IMG/VR virus record: IMGVR_UViG_3300009117_000044
Span: 4,688-68,687 of that record
Reading direction: 5' to 3' (one strand)
Length of the DNA stretch: 64,000 bases
DNA from: a virus
The notes under the pieces were generated by a model. The model searched no databases. It saw only the letters and a program-made list of their open reading frames with translations, and was not told the DNA's origin. This document shows, piece after piece, positions 37,071 to 47,259 of this stretch. The position numbers and the translations under genes were made by a program. Position 1 is the stretch's first letter. The number at the start of each line of letters is the position of its first letter.

Positions 37071-38682
37071 ATTTATTTCCAAAGGGCAAGTGCGTCCACC
37101 AATAGAGTTTAAGAAGGGGCTTAATACGATTCTTGGAGGTGTGAATGCTAATAACTCCATCGGCAAATCAACTTTGCTACTTATTATTGACTTTGCATAC
37201 GGCGGAAACTCCTACCTTGATAGCGATGCTGTAAACCAAGTGGGACTTCATACAATTAATTTCGAATTTGAGTTCAATGGTACATCTTACTTTTTTTCTA
37301 GAAGTACCACGCAGAGAACTACAATTAATAAATGTGATGAGCAATTTAATTTTATTGAGGAAATTAACATTAAGGACTTTTTGTCTTTTTTACAAGAACA
37401 GTATGGAGTTAATTTTTATGGAAGTTCATTTAGAGAGCTAATTAGTCGCTACTTTAGAATCTATGGAAAGAACAACCATGACGAAAAGAAACCCCTACAT
37501 AGTGATCCAAGAGAAAAAAATGTAGCCGCAATTACTGCATTAGAAAAGTTATTTAACTCATTTGAGGTTATTGAGTCATATAGAACAGAATTTAAAAAAG
37601 TATCTGACAAACTTGATGCCCTCAAGAAAGCAAAGAAACAAGATGTTATCTCGTACGGCTCTATCACAACAAAGAAGCGTTATAACGAAAATCTTAATGA
37701 GTTAGAAAAACTCAAAGATGACTTGAGAGATCACACTGTCTCTAATAACTCCAAATATGTAGACCTTGATTTGAAACAGGCAGATCAGATAAGTCAAATC
37801 AAGACTCAATTAAACATTTTGATGAGAAACAGAACGTCAACTAAAACACAGTTAAGTCTTGTTGAAGACAATCTCTCTTCAAATCCGGAAGTTCATCATG
37901 GTCCTTATGAAGAGTTAGAGCAGTTCTTTCCCGGGGTTAATATTCGCAAAATATCTGAAATCGAATCTTTTCATGAAAAATTAAGTGAAATACTGATGGC
38001 TGAATATGAGCAACAGAGAAAAGAGTTGAGCAAAAATCTTGAACGGTTAAATCATGAAATTGATAGCCTGAAAAATCAGCTTTCTAAGCATGGAGAGCCA
38101 GCAAACTATTCAACTACTTACCTGAATAAATACAAAGAGTTAAATCTTGCTATAGAAAGACTTGAAGCGCAAAACCGGGATTATATTTTGGTTGAGGAAT
38201 TAAATGTTTCAAAGAAGGGTGTCAAAGAACAACTTCAGAAAGTTGAAGAAGCTGAATTGCGTAGGATTGAGAGCAGCATCAATGAGCAAATGGTGCGATT
38301 TAACGATAGAATCTACGAGAAAAAAAGAAAAGCTCCTGTGCTAGATTTAGACAGTGGTACAACTTATGAATTCTATACACCTGATGATAGTGGTACAGGA
38401 ACTTCATATAAGAGTCTTATTGTATTTGACCTCAGTGTTTTAGAAACAACTATGTTGCCTGCATTGGCACATGACTCTCTTCTATTTAAAAACATTGGTG
38501 ACGAACCGCTCAATAAGATTATTCAGCTATACACAGAGTTTGACAAGCAAATATTCATTGCTTTTGACAAAGGCGAATCTTACTCTGAGGAAACTAGTCA
38601 AATTCTTAATAGTACTGCTGTCATTCGCCTTAACGAAAATGGCGATGAACTATTTGGACGCTCATGGAATATCAAGGAGTGA
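37045..38682 (+). CDS. lmuB: SMC-like ABC ATPase, DUF2326 (LmuB-like)
   Basis: Walker A NSIGKST, long coiled coil, SGTGTSYKSLIVFD, HDSLLFKNI, QIFIAFD. Confidence 0.85.
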   Translation: MLKKIQCDKFISKGQVRPPIEFKKGLNTILGGVNANNSIGKSTLLLIIDFAYGGNSYLDSDAVNQVGLHTINFEFEFNGTSYFFSRSTTQRTTINKCDEQFNFIEEINIKDFLSFLQEQYGVNFYGSSFRELISRYFRIYGKNNHDEKKPLHSDPREKNVAAITALEKLFNSFEVIESYRTEFKKVSDKLDALKKAKKQDVISYGSITTKKRYNENLNELEKLKDDLRDHTVSNNSKYVDLDLKQADQISQIKTQLNILMRNRTSTKTQLSLVEDNLSSNPEVHHGPYEELEQFFPGVNIRKISEIESFHEKLSEILMAEYEQQRKELSKNLERLNHEIDSLKNQLSKHGEPANYSTTYLNKYKELNLAIERLEAQNRDYILVEELNVSKKGVKEQLQKVEEAELRRIESSINEQMVRFNDRIYEKKRKAPVLDLDSGTTYEFYTPDDSGTGTSYKSLIVFDLSVLETTMLPALAHDSLLFKNIGDEPLNKIIQLYTEFDKQIFIAFDKGESYSEETSQILNSTAVIRLNENGDELFGRSWNIKE

Positions 38683-38687
38683 GAATT

Positions 38688-38909
38688 ATGGGTATCAGTC
38701 TAAGCTACAACCGATTATGGAAACTGTTGATAGATAGAGGAATGACTAAGCAGGATCTTCGAAAAATCACAGGTCTAAGCTCTGCCTCAATTGCTAAGTT
38801 AGGCAAAGGTCAGAATGTTAACACTGATGTACTAATTAGAATATGCAATGCGTTGAACTGCGATTTACACGACATGGTAGAAACTGTTCATGATGAAAAT
38901 ACTATATAG
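38688..38909 (+). CDS. Cro/C1-type HTH protein
   Basis: SYNRLWKLLIDRGMTKQDL..SSASIAKLGKGQNV.TDVL.RIC.AL. Confidence 0.88.
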   Translation: MGISLSYNRLWKLLIDRGMTKQDLRKITGLSSASIAKLGKGQNVNTDVLIRICNALNCDLHDMVETVHDENTI

Positions 38910-38937
38910 AATAATAAGATAAGAGGAGGTATGGGTT

Positions 38938-39834
38938 TTGACAATGACATTTGGTGCTGCTGAGCATCGTATACTCGATATGTTTAAAATTGGAACACGT
39001 TTTATATTTGATGACATTGAATATGTTGTTACTGTTTCTGGTAAACCCACTTGTAGTAAAGGTGAACCCAAAACAGATATCTATATAGGAGCAAAGAGCT
39101 CCATTAATACAAATAAAGAATTTAAGATTTCATTCAAAAAGATTAACGCTGATTTTCTAGAAAATAAGACTAATGCAGAACGCGCCGAACAATTACTTGG
39201 AAGCGAATGGGATAATATTATCGCAATGGCAACATCTAATATTAAGGATGCTTTTCTTTCAAGACCGTTAATTTATAGAGAAAAGTTTGGAAGAACTGAT
39301 GCGGGAGCAATTACATTAGGCTGGAAGTTTGAACTTCTAAATGTCCTAAGCGGTCAGTTAAGCGGTGTCATAGACCTCTCAAGAGAACAAGTTATTGATG
39401 TTTATGCAGGTACTAATCTCGCGGGTGATAAAAAGGATTCAACAGTCAATCGTATCATAGTTCCCAACAGTGGAATTTCAAACTATATTCTTTTTGAAAA
39501 TAAAGCATTTGGCAGTGTCCAACAGGTAATTGATTCACTAATAACCGTAGAGGATTATGTTGAATTAAACCCCAATGTATATTTTGCATGTAAAGCCTTA
39601 AACTATAGAACTTTTAAGAAAAAATATGACGGTAATAGACCTCTCGCTGTTTATGTTGATTGGTTTGTAAGAGAAGGAAAATTGGCATATAATCTTAATT
39701 TCGATACTCCATTGAAGCAAGGTGGTAATTATGCTTTCGCAAGATTAAAATCCGCGTTAGATGCTCTCGGTGTGGAAACAACAAATGACTTAAATTCATA
39801 TAATGTAGAGAATAGTAATATAATATTTGGCTAA
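38938..39834 (+). CDS. Putative type II restriction endonuclease
   Basis: EPKTDIY...KISFK resembles a PD-(D/E)XK active site; convergent with C5 methylase; family not assigned. Confidence 0.6.
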   Translation: MTMTFGAAEHRILDMFKIGTRFIFDDIEYVVTVSGKPTCSKGEPKTDIYIGAKSSINTNKEFKISFKKINADFLENKTNAERAEQLLGSEWDNIIAMATSNIKDAFLSRPLIYREKFGRTDAGAITLGWKFELLNVLSGQLSGVIDLSREQVIDVYAGTNLAGDKKDSTVNRIIVPNSGISNYILFENKAFGSVQQVIDSLITVEDYVELNPNVYFACKALNYRTFKKKYDGNRPLAVYVDWFVREGKLAYNLNFDTPLKQGGNYAFARLKSALDALGVETTNDLNSYNVENSNIIFG

Positions 39835-39875
39835 AAAAAGATGGTGCCTATCAAAACTTAGGCACCATCTTTTTT
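39833..39875. terminator. Bidirectional intrinsic terminator
   Basis: AAAAAAAGATGGTGCCTA/TAGGCACCATCTTTTTT between convergent genes. Confidence 0.85.
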
Positions 39876-39877
39876 AG

Positions 39878-40879
39878 TTACTTAAGAACTTCTTTAATTG
39901 CCACTGCAATCTCATAAGCAAGATTAACTGGAACAGCATTACCGATCATCTTGTATGCATTATTAACATCAGTATATATAAACTGAAAATCATCTGGAAA
40001 ACCTTGGACTCTAGCAATTTCTCTTACTGTCATTCTTCTATACAGTGACTCTTTGCCTTCAACAAATCTACAGTCATTCTTTCCTACCTTTACCATTTTC
40101 GGTGCTTGTGGATGCAACTGGCATTGTCTTCCTGAGGCTTGTACGGTATAAGCTTGCTCGTCCCAAGACTTTACCCTATTTCGGCTCATAAAAATTGGCG
40201 AGAAAGCTCCTGTAAAGAATTCATTATTGTTTTTTGCATTAGGATTATGCTTGTTTTTATCTGCGGCAGGAACTGCAGTATCCTGTAAATCCCAGATAAT
40301 ATCTCTAAGCGTAATTTTCTTATCATCCGAAACGGTTGACCCCTCTGGAAAATCAAACTTGATATTTAAATCTTTTCTAAATCCTATATAGAAAACTCTC
40401 TTTCGCTCTTGTGCAACACCATAATCCTTAGCATTAACCATTGTTAAAGATACATTATACCCAGCGTCTTCAAACATTTTTAGAATGTTTTGTACTGCAT
40501 CTGAATGTCTATTCGCAAGCATGCCACTTACATTCTCTGCTAGAAAAAATTTTGGTCTGAACTCTTTTAATATTCTAATATAGTCAAAGAAAAGTTGACC
40601 TCTCTCATCCTTAATTCCTTTAAGAGAGCCTGCCTCTGACCATGATTGACAGGGAGGACCTCCAATTATTCCATCAATATCTCCGTTTAAGTATTTTTCC
40701 ATATCAACTTTGGTAACTTGACGAATGTCACCCTCTATTAACTTAGTATTAGGATGATTAACCTTGTAGGTACTCCAAATAGTTTTATCAAAATCGTTAG
40801 CAACAGGGATTTCAAATCCTGCCCGTTCAAATCCTAAATCTAAACCACCGCAACCACTAAATAAACTAATAATCTTCAC
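39878..40879 (-). CDS. C5-cytosine methyltransferase, M.HaeIII-like (probably GGCC)
   Basis: [28 protein letters not shown]; target region [27 protein letters not shown] matches M.HaeIII as recalled; GTG start overlaps upstream TGA. Confidence 0.9.
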   Translation of the reverse strand: MKIISLFSGCGGLDLGFERAGFEIPVANDFDKTIWSTYKVNHPNTKLIEGDIRQVTKVDMEKYLNGDIDGIIGGPPCQSWSEAGSLKGIKDERGQLFFDYIRILKEFRPKFFLAENVSGMLANRHSDAVQNILKMFEDAGYNVSLTMVNAKDYGVAQERKRVFYIGFRKDLNIKFDFPEGSTVSDDKKITLRDIIWDLQDTAVPAADKNKHNPNAKNNNEFFTGAFSPIFMSRNRVKSWDEQAYTVQASGRQCQLHPQAPKMVKVGKNDCRFVEGKESLYRRMTVREIARVQGFPDDFQFIYTDVNNAYKMIGNAVPVNLAYEIAVAIKEVLK

Positions 40880-41094
40880 TCTTTTTCCTCCCAAACTTTT
40901 CTATCAACATCAAAAGGCAAGTTGTTTATGTTACAGAACTCTTTTATTTTCTGCAATGCTTGATAATTGGGAGTTGCTTTTCCATTTTCCCAACGATTTA
41001 CTGTAGAAAATGAAACACCTAATGCATGAGCAAAATCCGTCTGACTTAAAAGACATTTTCGTCTTATATTTTTTATTGTTTCACATAAATCCAC
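40876..41094 (-). CDS. XRE HTH, candidate R-M controller protein
   Basis: [30 protein letters not shown]; coupled to methylase. Confidence 0.8.
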   Translation of the reverse strand: MDLCETIKNIRRKCLLSQTDFAHALGVSFSTVNRWENGKATPNYQALQKIKEFCNINNLPFDVDRKVWEEKE

Positions 41095-41234
41095 AACAAT
41101 ACCTCCTATCCATTTATATAGCTTTATTATAGCATATATGAAGCTTTTAAGAAAGCCTTTTTAAGAGAAATATTAAGTCAATTATTAAGGGTCAGTTATT
41201 AATAGAAATCAGTAATAAATGATAATAACAGACA

Positions 41235-41289
41235 GCCAACCATCTTATCAACTCACCATTGTTTTGCCAATCATCTTATCAACTCACCA
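41235..41289. repeat. Two 24-bp direct repeats, 31-bp period
   Basis: GCCAA(C/T)CATCTTATCAACTCACCA at 41235 and 41266. Confidence 0.8.
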
Positions 41290-41358
41290 CATCAACAATT
41301 ATTACGGCTGATATTTTTTTATTTCATCATTCTTGGATAACTTCCCTCAAAGCAAAAA

Positions 41359-41403
41359 TCCGTGATTATCCTTCCGGCTTAGAACCAGATCTCAAATCAC
41401 GGA
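41359..41403 (-). terminator. Long hairpin/terminator downstream of rlmD-like 3' end
   Basis: TCCGTGATT..AATCACGGA stem then TTTTTG on minus strand. Confidence 0.55.
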
Positions 41404-41433
41404 AAGCCTTTATTTACTTATCTTATTACACGC

Positions 41434-41533
41434 TTACTTATCCACCCTTGACATCAATACTACCGTCTCAACGTGGATTGAGAGGATAGCATTGATGTTT
41501 TATGCCTTTGTCCGTTGTAGGAAACTGGTCAAC
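41434..41533 (-). pseudogene. rlmD(rumA)-like 3' terminal fragment
   Basis: VDQFPTT (41513-41533), 37-nt gap, HVETVVLMSRVDK* (41434-41475). Confidence 0.7.
41452..41497. other. Candidate serine-integrase att site
   Basis: 20-bp arms CATCAATACTACCGTCTCAA / TTGAGAGGATAGCATTGATG, 17/20 inverted match, around CGTGGA. Confidence 0.7.
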
Positions 41534-42163
41534 GGTAATTTACTTACTTTTTCCGAATAAAGCAAATAATCAAAGCGCTTTTATCTTAACATTTGTTAAA
41601 CCCAAAAACAATAGATGGGTTGAAGAAACGAAGCCTTTTAAGCTTACTTTTAAAATAATAAACGTATTATAAAAATTGAGAGTTTGGAAAGTTCTAAAAA
41701 TATGATTTAATACCAAATTCATGGCCAAGTGCAAAGTAAGCGCCACTATTATCGATACATACAGTGTCAACTTGACATTTAAAAGTTAGATCTGCAGTAA
41801 TTTTGAAGCATCATTATTTCTGTACAACATAAAAATTTACCAAAAAACAGCGCCAACAACTTATTTTCAAGTAGTGGCACTGCATTTTTTTGTTTTGATT
41901 GTAACTGTTCAGGCTTTGTTTATTAATATTTTCAGCCTTACCTCGTTGAATAACGCCAATGATGGACTTTTGTGAAACGTGTAAATCGGACTATACTGAA
42001 TTTATACTCAATTCTTCACAACTCATTGCCTTTCTCAACTTGATGAAAATGCATTTTAACTCCTTGGAATCTCTGCTATTTCATTATATTGATTCCACAT
42101 ATTTTTTACCTAGTACGGCCTTTCTTTTCTCTTGGTAAGTTCATTTATCCTAGCGCTTTCGCA

Positions 42164-45100
42164 TCATTCCTGTGCTGTTTCAGTATCAATGGCAAGTTCC
42201 ATAAAACGCTTGAGCATAGCAGAAACCTCAGCTCTGGTTGCCATACCCTGGGGGTCAAATACATTGTTACTCTTCCCGCTGATAATGCCTGCCAGCTGTA
42301 CTTTTTCCACAGCATCTTTTGCCCATGTGCCAATCTTAGCATTATCGGCAAAGGTGCTCACTTCGTTCACCTTTGGCAATGCAACCCCCATAACCTTGGT
42401 GTAGTTATTCAAAATAACCGCCATCTGCTCACGGGTAATTGACTGGTCAGGCGCAAACTTTCCATCTTCCATGCCAGTTACAATATTATTCTTACTTGCC
42501 CACTCAATATATGGCATATAGTAAGCATCATTTTTCACATCGCTAAAGCTGGTATTGGTGTATTTCTCTGTGTCCACCTCCGCCATTCTCCCAAGGGCGG
42601 TTACAAACATACCTCTCGTCATGGATGAATCTGGGCTAAAAGTAGAAGCAGAAGTGCCGCTGAACAATCCACGGCTTACTGCAAACGCAATGCTTTCCTT
42701 CGCCCAATGGTTTGTAATATCAGTAAACTCCGAATTTGTCTGTTTATAACCTATGCCGTAGGTAGAGAAGTGTTTTGTGCTAAAGCGAACCACCTTTTTT
42801 GTCCTATCATAGACAGAGTCAGTCAGCCACTCCACCTTGCCGTTATCGTCTATATAAACCGCACAAATATTGTCTGCTTCTTCATTTTCGCCAAGCGTAT
42901 ATGGAATTTCCACCGTTATGCTGCCTTCACCGAAATTTTCCACCTGTCTACCGCTGCCGTAATTTACCTTGAGGACAAAGACAGGACGAGAGCCAACTGC
43001 CTCTTTTGCTTCATCCGTCAGCCCTTTATTATCTGCCTTTGCAGCCGTAAGATTCACATCTGTTTTTGCCTGTTTATTGATTTCTTCCACAGCAGTTAAA
43101 TCCATACCGATTAAAATATCAGGACTATCAACCATGACAACTGTGCTGACAATTTTTTTGCTGATGATAGCATCCTGCACTGCCTTTGGCAAATTAACGG
43201 TCATAGTGTTCGCCGTTTGATTGCCTGTATCTACACTCAGCACAAGGGTAATTCCATTTTCCTCGTTGCCATTTTTCTTTGCATCGGCAATGGCCTTATT
43301 AAAGACATCCGTAACATTCTTATCAGTTATGGTTATGGTGACATGATTATTTTGGTCAACCTTGCCACTTAATATGATTTCCCCCTGCGTTGGAGTGCTT
43401 GGTTGTTCTGCTGGAGGCGTAATTACAATAATTTTGGAAGCACTGTCATTGTTATTAATAATGTTATTGCTATTACTTCCGCCGCCGCCGGAACTACCAC
43501 CGCCTAAATATGTCCAGCGGGCATAAATGGTGTCATTGCCTGTAAAAACAGTATCAGTGGTCACCTGTGTGCCGCCGCTTAGCGCTGTAAACCAACCATC
43601 ATAACGATAGCTGCCGCTTCTTGTGGGCGTAGGCAGACTTGCAAGCTTGCCCTCTAAGCTTGTTGCTGTAGTGGTAGGGGTAACCGTGCCGCTGTTTGCA
43701 TCAAAAGTAATGATGCAGGCACCTGTTACAGTAAAGCTTATATCAAAGCTTTGCGCAGTGATGTCGCTTGCGTTACCGCTCGCCTTTTCCACGGTTACCG
43801 TTGCAGTATAAACACCCCCAGCAAGGCCTGTGCTTGGTTTTACGCTAAAGGTATCATTGCCGCTTGCTGCAATGCTATCAATACTTGTTTTATTCAGGGT
43901 AAAACTGCCGCTGTTTGCACCAGAAAGTGCTACGGTCAATGCGCCAGTAGGCTGATTTCCAGTGTTACTTACCTGCACAGTGAGTGCGCCTTGTTCCCCA
44001 TAGCCCACAATTGCCCCAGCAAAGATGTGGGTACCTGTTTTATCCAAGCTGATTCCATAGGTTGGCGTTGGGCTGTATGCCCCAATGGTAAAGGTGCTTT
44101 CAGCGCCTGGGTTATGGGTTTCAGTTTCTTTCACACGCACCTTATACTCGCCGTTACTTAGCCCCGTGATTGTGCTGCCAGTGCCATCTGTCCAGTCTGC
44201 ATCACTTGACATTTTATATTGCATATCAGTGGTCACACCAATGAGTGTGCCATCGTTGTTGTCTGCCGTCGTGCAGTTTGTTACAGAAACACCGCTTACC
44301 GCTAAGCCATCTGCTTTTGCAATCGTCCCAGTTGTACTGCCGCTGATTGCACCTGTTTGAGCATCGCTTGTTACTTCACAGGTGATGGTGTTGCCAATAT
44401 CTTCCTGAACTGTGGTGTAGGTTGCATCTGTGCCCAAATTCGTGGCGCCACGCTTCCACTGATAGGACAGCGTGCCTGTGTTGTTGTCACCACTTAGCGT
44501 TGCCGTAAGAAGTTCATTAAATTTTAAAGTGCCGCTGATTGTCACTATGCCCGTAAATGGTTGATTTTCCCAAACTGCATACACCGTTGTGTCCTCAGTA
44601 AAGGTATGTGTACCCCCTGCTGCCACCTTCGTGCCATCTGCACTTCCTATCGCCCATTCCTTAAACTGCTTACCCACAGGCGGAGTGAGGGTACAGCTTG
44701 GCAAGGTGAAGGCTATATCTTCCAATGCTGTGCCTGTGCTCATCGTGCCTGTGCCACTGTTATTATCATAGGTTACGGTATAGCTGGCAGGTGTATTATT
44801 CACCTGTAAATAGCACTGGGTAAGATCTTCTAATATGGTTGATGGTTCCACAAGGGTATCATAGCTTGTGTCATCTGCAGAGGATAAAAATGACTTTCCG
44901 CTGCCAAGTAATGTGGAAGCCTCACTTTGAGGTGCATCAACACCACTCGGGTCGATAGCCCTTCCAGAGTTGCCACTCTTTAGCGTACCTCCGTTTAAAG
45001 TAACGCTATTTGAACCAACCGACATAGCACAACCATGCTTAAAGATGCCCTCACCGCCCGTAATCGTTCCATTATTTACTATAACGGTGGCACCAGCAGC

Positions 45101-46591
45101 ATAAGCACTAATCCCTATGCCACCATACCGGTAGCCGCTACCACCCGTAATCGTTCCATTATTTACTGTAAGAATACCCGAAGTTATACTTATTCCACTA
45201 CCGTTGTAATCACTCCCGTCAGCGCCACTACCGCCGGTAATCGTACCATTGTTTACAGTAAGGTTGCCCGCAACAACTTGTATGGCATAACCACCACTAC
45301 CGTTGTTGTTGGTAAACCTACCACCAATAAAGCTTCCTCCATCAATGATGAGGTTCGCATTTGAATGATTTACAAATAAAGCTCTCGCACCACCAGCACT
45401 TATATTAAAAGAACCAATAATGCTGCCGCCGCCGCCGCTGTCTTTTATGGTTAGCGTGCGTGCTGCACTGTGACTGATTGCCGCATAGCTGGCAGTATCG
45501 GTAATCGTTTTACCATTTAAGTCCAAAGTGAAATCCACTGCTTTTGTGGTAACAGACGTTGTAAGGTCAACGTCCTCCAAAAGCTTTATGGTCTGCTCAT
45601 TTTCAACCGCATCCACCGCTGCTTGCAGGGTTTCGTAGCCTTGGCTTGTTTCTTCGATAGTGGCAACAGCTGGGGTTCCTGGTTCAATTTTCACATATTT
45701 ATTGTTCATATAGGTAGTACTATTTGGCGATGCAACAATGGCATTATTTGTGCTGCTTTCCCCCGCCGTTACCTGTGGAGTATAGCTAGCACTGAAGGAG
45801 GGCACTTTGTCCATAGCCCGAGAAATGCCACCTTCTTCCACCGAACTGCCGTTGGCGGTTACCGTCCCTCCATTGATGGTAACGCTATTATTAATCCTTA
45901 ACCCATAGCTAAAAGGTGCAGCTCCCCCCGTAGCTGTTAATGTGCCATCATTTATAACACATTCAAATACATGTGCACCATAACTGCAATACACAGATAC
46001 CTCTGCAGCGGCTATCATAGTTCCTCCGTTATTAATTGTTAAATTTCCATAAAAACCAGTGCCAAACGCGGTTCCTTGGGTTGCTCCAGCTATGGCGGTT
46101 ACCGTAGCAGCACTATCTATAGTAGTGCGGTAAGAATATATTCCACTGCTTTGATAATTGGTAGTACTATTGATACTGCCGCCTTTTGCGGTCAGCGAAC
46201 CACTTCCGGTTATCACTATGTTGCCAGCCACATATACAGCGCTGTTGTAGCCTGTTGTTGTGCTTGACGAAGAAATATCAACGGTATTGTCTCCAATAAG
46301 CACGATATTCAGGGCTTCTTGTGCGTATATTCCAAAAAGGCTGGTCATGTCAGCGACTGGTTTATCAACAAATGAACCCCACGTTGTGATGTTAGCATTG
46401 GTAAGGGTGAGGGTTTGGGGTGTCTCCCCATCGGCAGGGGTGTAGCTCCAGCCCACACCGCTGTCGTTCACAGAGGTTACCTGCGTGCCGCCCACCCAAA
46501 CGTTATAACTTTCAAAAGCAAATGCCGTTGCTGGCAACATGGTAAACACCATACACACTACAAGAAGCATTCCAAGTATTTTCTTTCTCAT
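42164..46591 (-). CDS. Large secreted surface protein with beta-helix-like repeats, InlB B-type repeats and C-terminal SLH domains
   Basis: Signal peptide MRKKILGMLLVVCMVFTMLPATAFA; VNNGTITGG repeats; VTYDNNSG..VYAVW and ITFDANSG..YARW; FTDITNHWAKESI, MTRGMFVT, ITREQMAV, ATRAEVS. Confidence 0.9.
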   Translation of the reverse strand: MRKKILGMLLVVCMVFTMLPATAFAFESYNVWVGGTQVTSVNDSGVGWSYTPADGETPQTLTLTNANITTWGSFVDKPVADMTSLFGIYAQEALNIVLIGDNTVDISSSSTTTGYNSAVYVAGNIVITGSGSLTAKGGSINSTTNYQSSGIYSYRTTIDSAATVTAIAGATQGTAFGTGFYGNLTINNGGTMIAAAEVSVYCSYGAHVFECVINDGTLTATGGAAPFSYGLRINNSVTINGGTVTANGSSVEEGGISRAMDKVPSFSASYTPQVTAGESSTNNAIVASPNSTTYMNNKYVKIEPGTPAVATIEETSQGYETLQAAVDAVENEQTIKLLEDVDLTTSVTTKAVDFTLDLNGKTITDTASYAAISHSAARTLTIKDSGGGGSIIGSFNISAGGARALFVNHSNANLIIDGGSFIGGRFTNNNGSGGYAIQVVAGNLTVNNGTITGGSGADGSDYNGSGISITSGILTVNNGTITGGSGYRYGGIGISAYAAGATVIVNNGTITGGEGIFKHGCAMSVGSNSVTLNGGTLKSGNSGRAIDPSGVDAPQSEASTLLGSGKSFLSSADDTSYDTLVEPSTILEDLTQCYLQVNNTPASYTVTYDNNSGTGTMSTGTALEDIAFTLPSCTLTPPVGKQFKEWAIGSADGTKVAAGGTHTFTEDTTVYAVWENQPFTGIVTISGTLKFNELLTATLSGDNNTGTLSYQWKRGATNLGTDATYTTVQEDIGNTITCEVTSDAQTGAISGSTTGTIAKADGLAVSGVSVTNCTTADNNDGTLIGVTTDMQYKMSSDADWTDGTGSTITGLSNGEYKVRVKETETHNPGAESTFTIGAYSPTPTYGISLDKTGTHIFAGAIVGYGEQGALTVQVSNTGNQPTGALTVALSGANSGSFTLNKTSIDSIAASGNDTFSVKPSTGLAGGVYTATVTVEKASGNASDITAQSFDISFTVTGACIITFDANSGTVTPTTTATSLEGKLASLPTPTRSGSYRYDGWFTALSGGTQVTTDTVFTGNDTIYARWTYLGGGSSGGGGSNSNNIINNNDSASKIIVITPPAEQPSTPTQGEIILSGKVDQNNHVTITITDKNVTDVFNKAIADAKKNGNEENGITLVLSVDTGNQTANTMTVNLPKAVQDAIISKKIVSTVVMVDSPDILIGMDLTAVEEINKQAKTDVNLTAAKADNKGLTDEAKEAVGSRPVFVLKVNYGSGRQVENFGEGSITVEIPYTLGENEEADNICAVYIDDNGKVEWLTDSVYDRTKKVVRFSTKHFSTYGIGYKQTNSEFTDITNHWAKESIAFAVSRGLFSGTSASTFSPDSSMTRGMFVTALGRMAEVDTEKYTNTSFSDVKNDAYYMPYIEWASKNNIVTGMEDGKFAPDQSITREQMAVILNNYTKVMGVALPKVNEVSTFADNAKIGTWAKDAVEKVQLAGIISGKSNNVFDPQGMATRAEVSAMLKRFMELAIDTETAQE

Positions 46592-46740
46592 GAAATTCAT
46601 TCCTCCTTTTTTGTGAAGGCAAAAAAACATCTCCCCTTGCCCTCATTCCATTGTTTTCCCTGTTATCGTTAAATCAGTCTGCCAGCTATCGAGCATTGTA
46701 AACGCCATACACAACGAAACGCTACACATAATACTTGATT

Positions 46741-47097
46741 TTAAATCACTTGTTTTTCCGCCCCCTTGGTTTTTTCTGTTTTCTCATCCTCGTTTTTTTG
46801 CCCAAAGCCCAGAAAAAATGCCGGAACAATCCGCAAAGGTTTTTGCTGGGCTTCGTTATAAAGTCTTAAAGATTGTTTATATATGCTTTGACTTCTTTCC
46901 AGTATTCCCCTTGCGTTATCCTCCTCTGGGCCGTCGCGCAAACGCAGATATTCCTGACGGCTTGCCGAGAATTGACACTTGGCTGCATCCACCGCCTTTT
47001 GTTTTGCATTTAGTTCTCGCCACACCAACCAAAACCACCGGGCAATCAACGCCGTGGTGCTGTCTATGGCTATAAAACTGGCAATCACAGTGGTCAA
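46741..47097 (-). CDS. Small LemA-like membrane-anchored protein
   Basis: N-terminal hydrophobic segment; YNE..KPLRIVPAFFLGF C-terminus; SD AGGGGG. Confidence 0.55.
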   Translation of the reverse strand: MTTVIASFIAIDSTTALIARWFWLVWRELNAKQKAVDAAKCQFSASRQEYLRLRDGPEEDNARGILERSQSIYKQSLRLYNEAQQKPLRIVPAFFLGFGQKNEDEKTEKTKGAEKQVI

Positions 47098-47188
47098 GTT
47101 TATGCCCCCTTTTTTTCTATATCAATTTTTCTATATACTCATTCAGCTTAATCCTAACAAATCCTCAGAAAAAAAGTTGCATTTGGCG

Positions 47189-47219
47189 TAAGTGGTAGTA
47201 TTTTTCGGTGCAAGTGGAA
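47189..47219. promoter_or_regulatory. Candidate LytTR direct-repeat operator
   Basis: TAAGTGGTA and CAAGTGGAA 22 bp apart in the divergent intergenic region. Confidence 0.4.
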
Positions 47220-47259
47220 AACATAGTGTCGAAAAATATAGTTTTTGTGTTATAATTGA

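Larger units (their letters stand above)
1..41475 (-). mobile_element. Prophage 1 (siphovirus-like, HK97 head), partial at left edge
   Basis: Contiguous early, packaging, head, tail and lysis modules on the minus strand; right end set at the att-like dyad at 41452-41497 (inferred). Confidence 0.9.

Noticed and set aside
41434-41533. Functional rlmD gene
   Set aside because: Only terminal codons are present, interrupted by 37 nt; treated as an att remnant
41570-42100. 66-aa ORF and TGTCAA-C-TTGACA palindrome (41765-41777) in AT-rich gap
   Set aside because: No SD or recognisable motif; a single short palindrome in AT-rich DNA is plausible by chance
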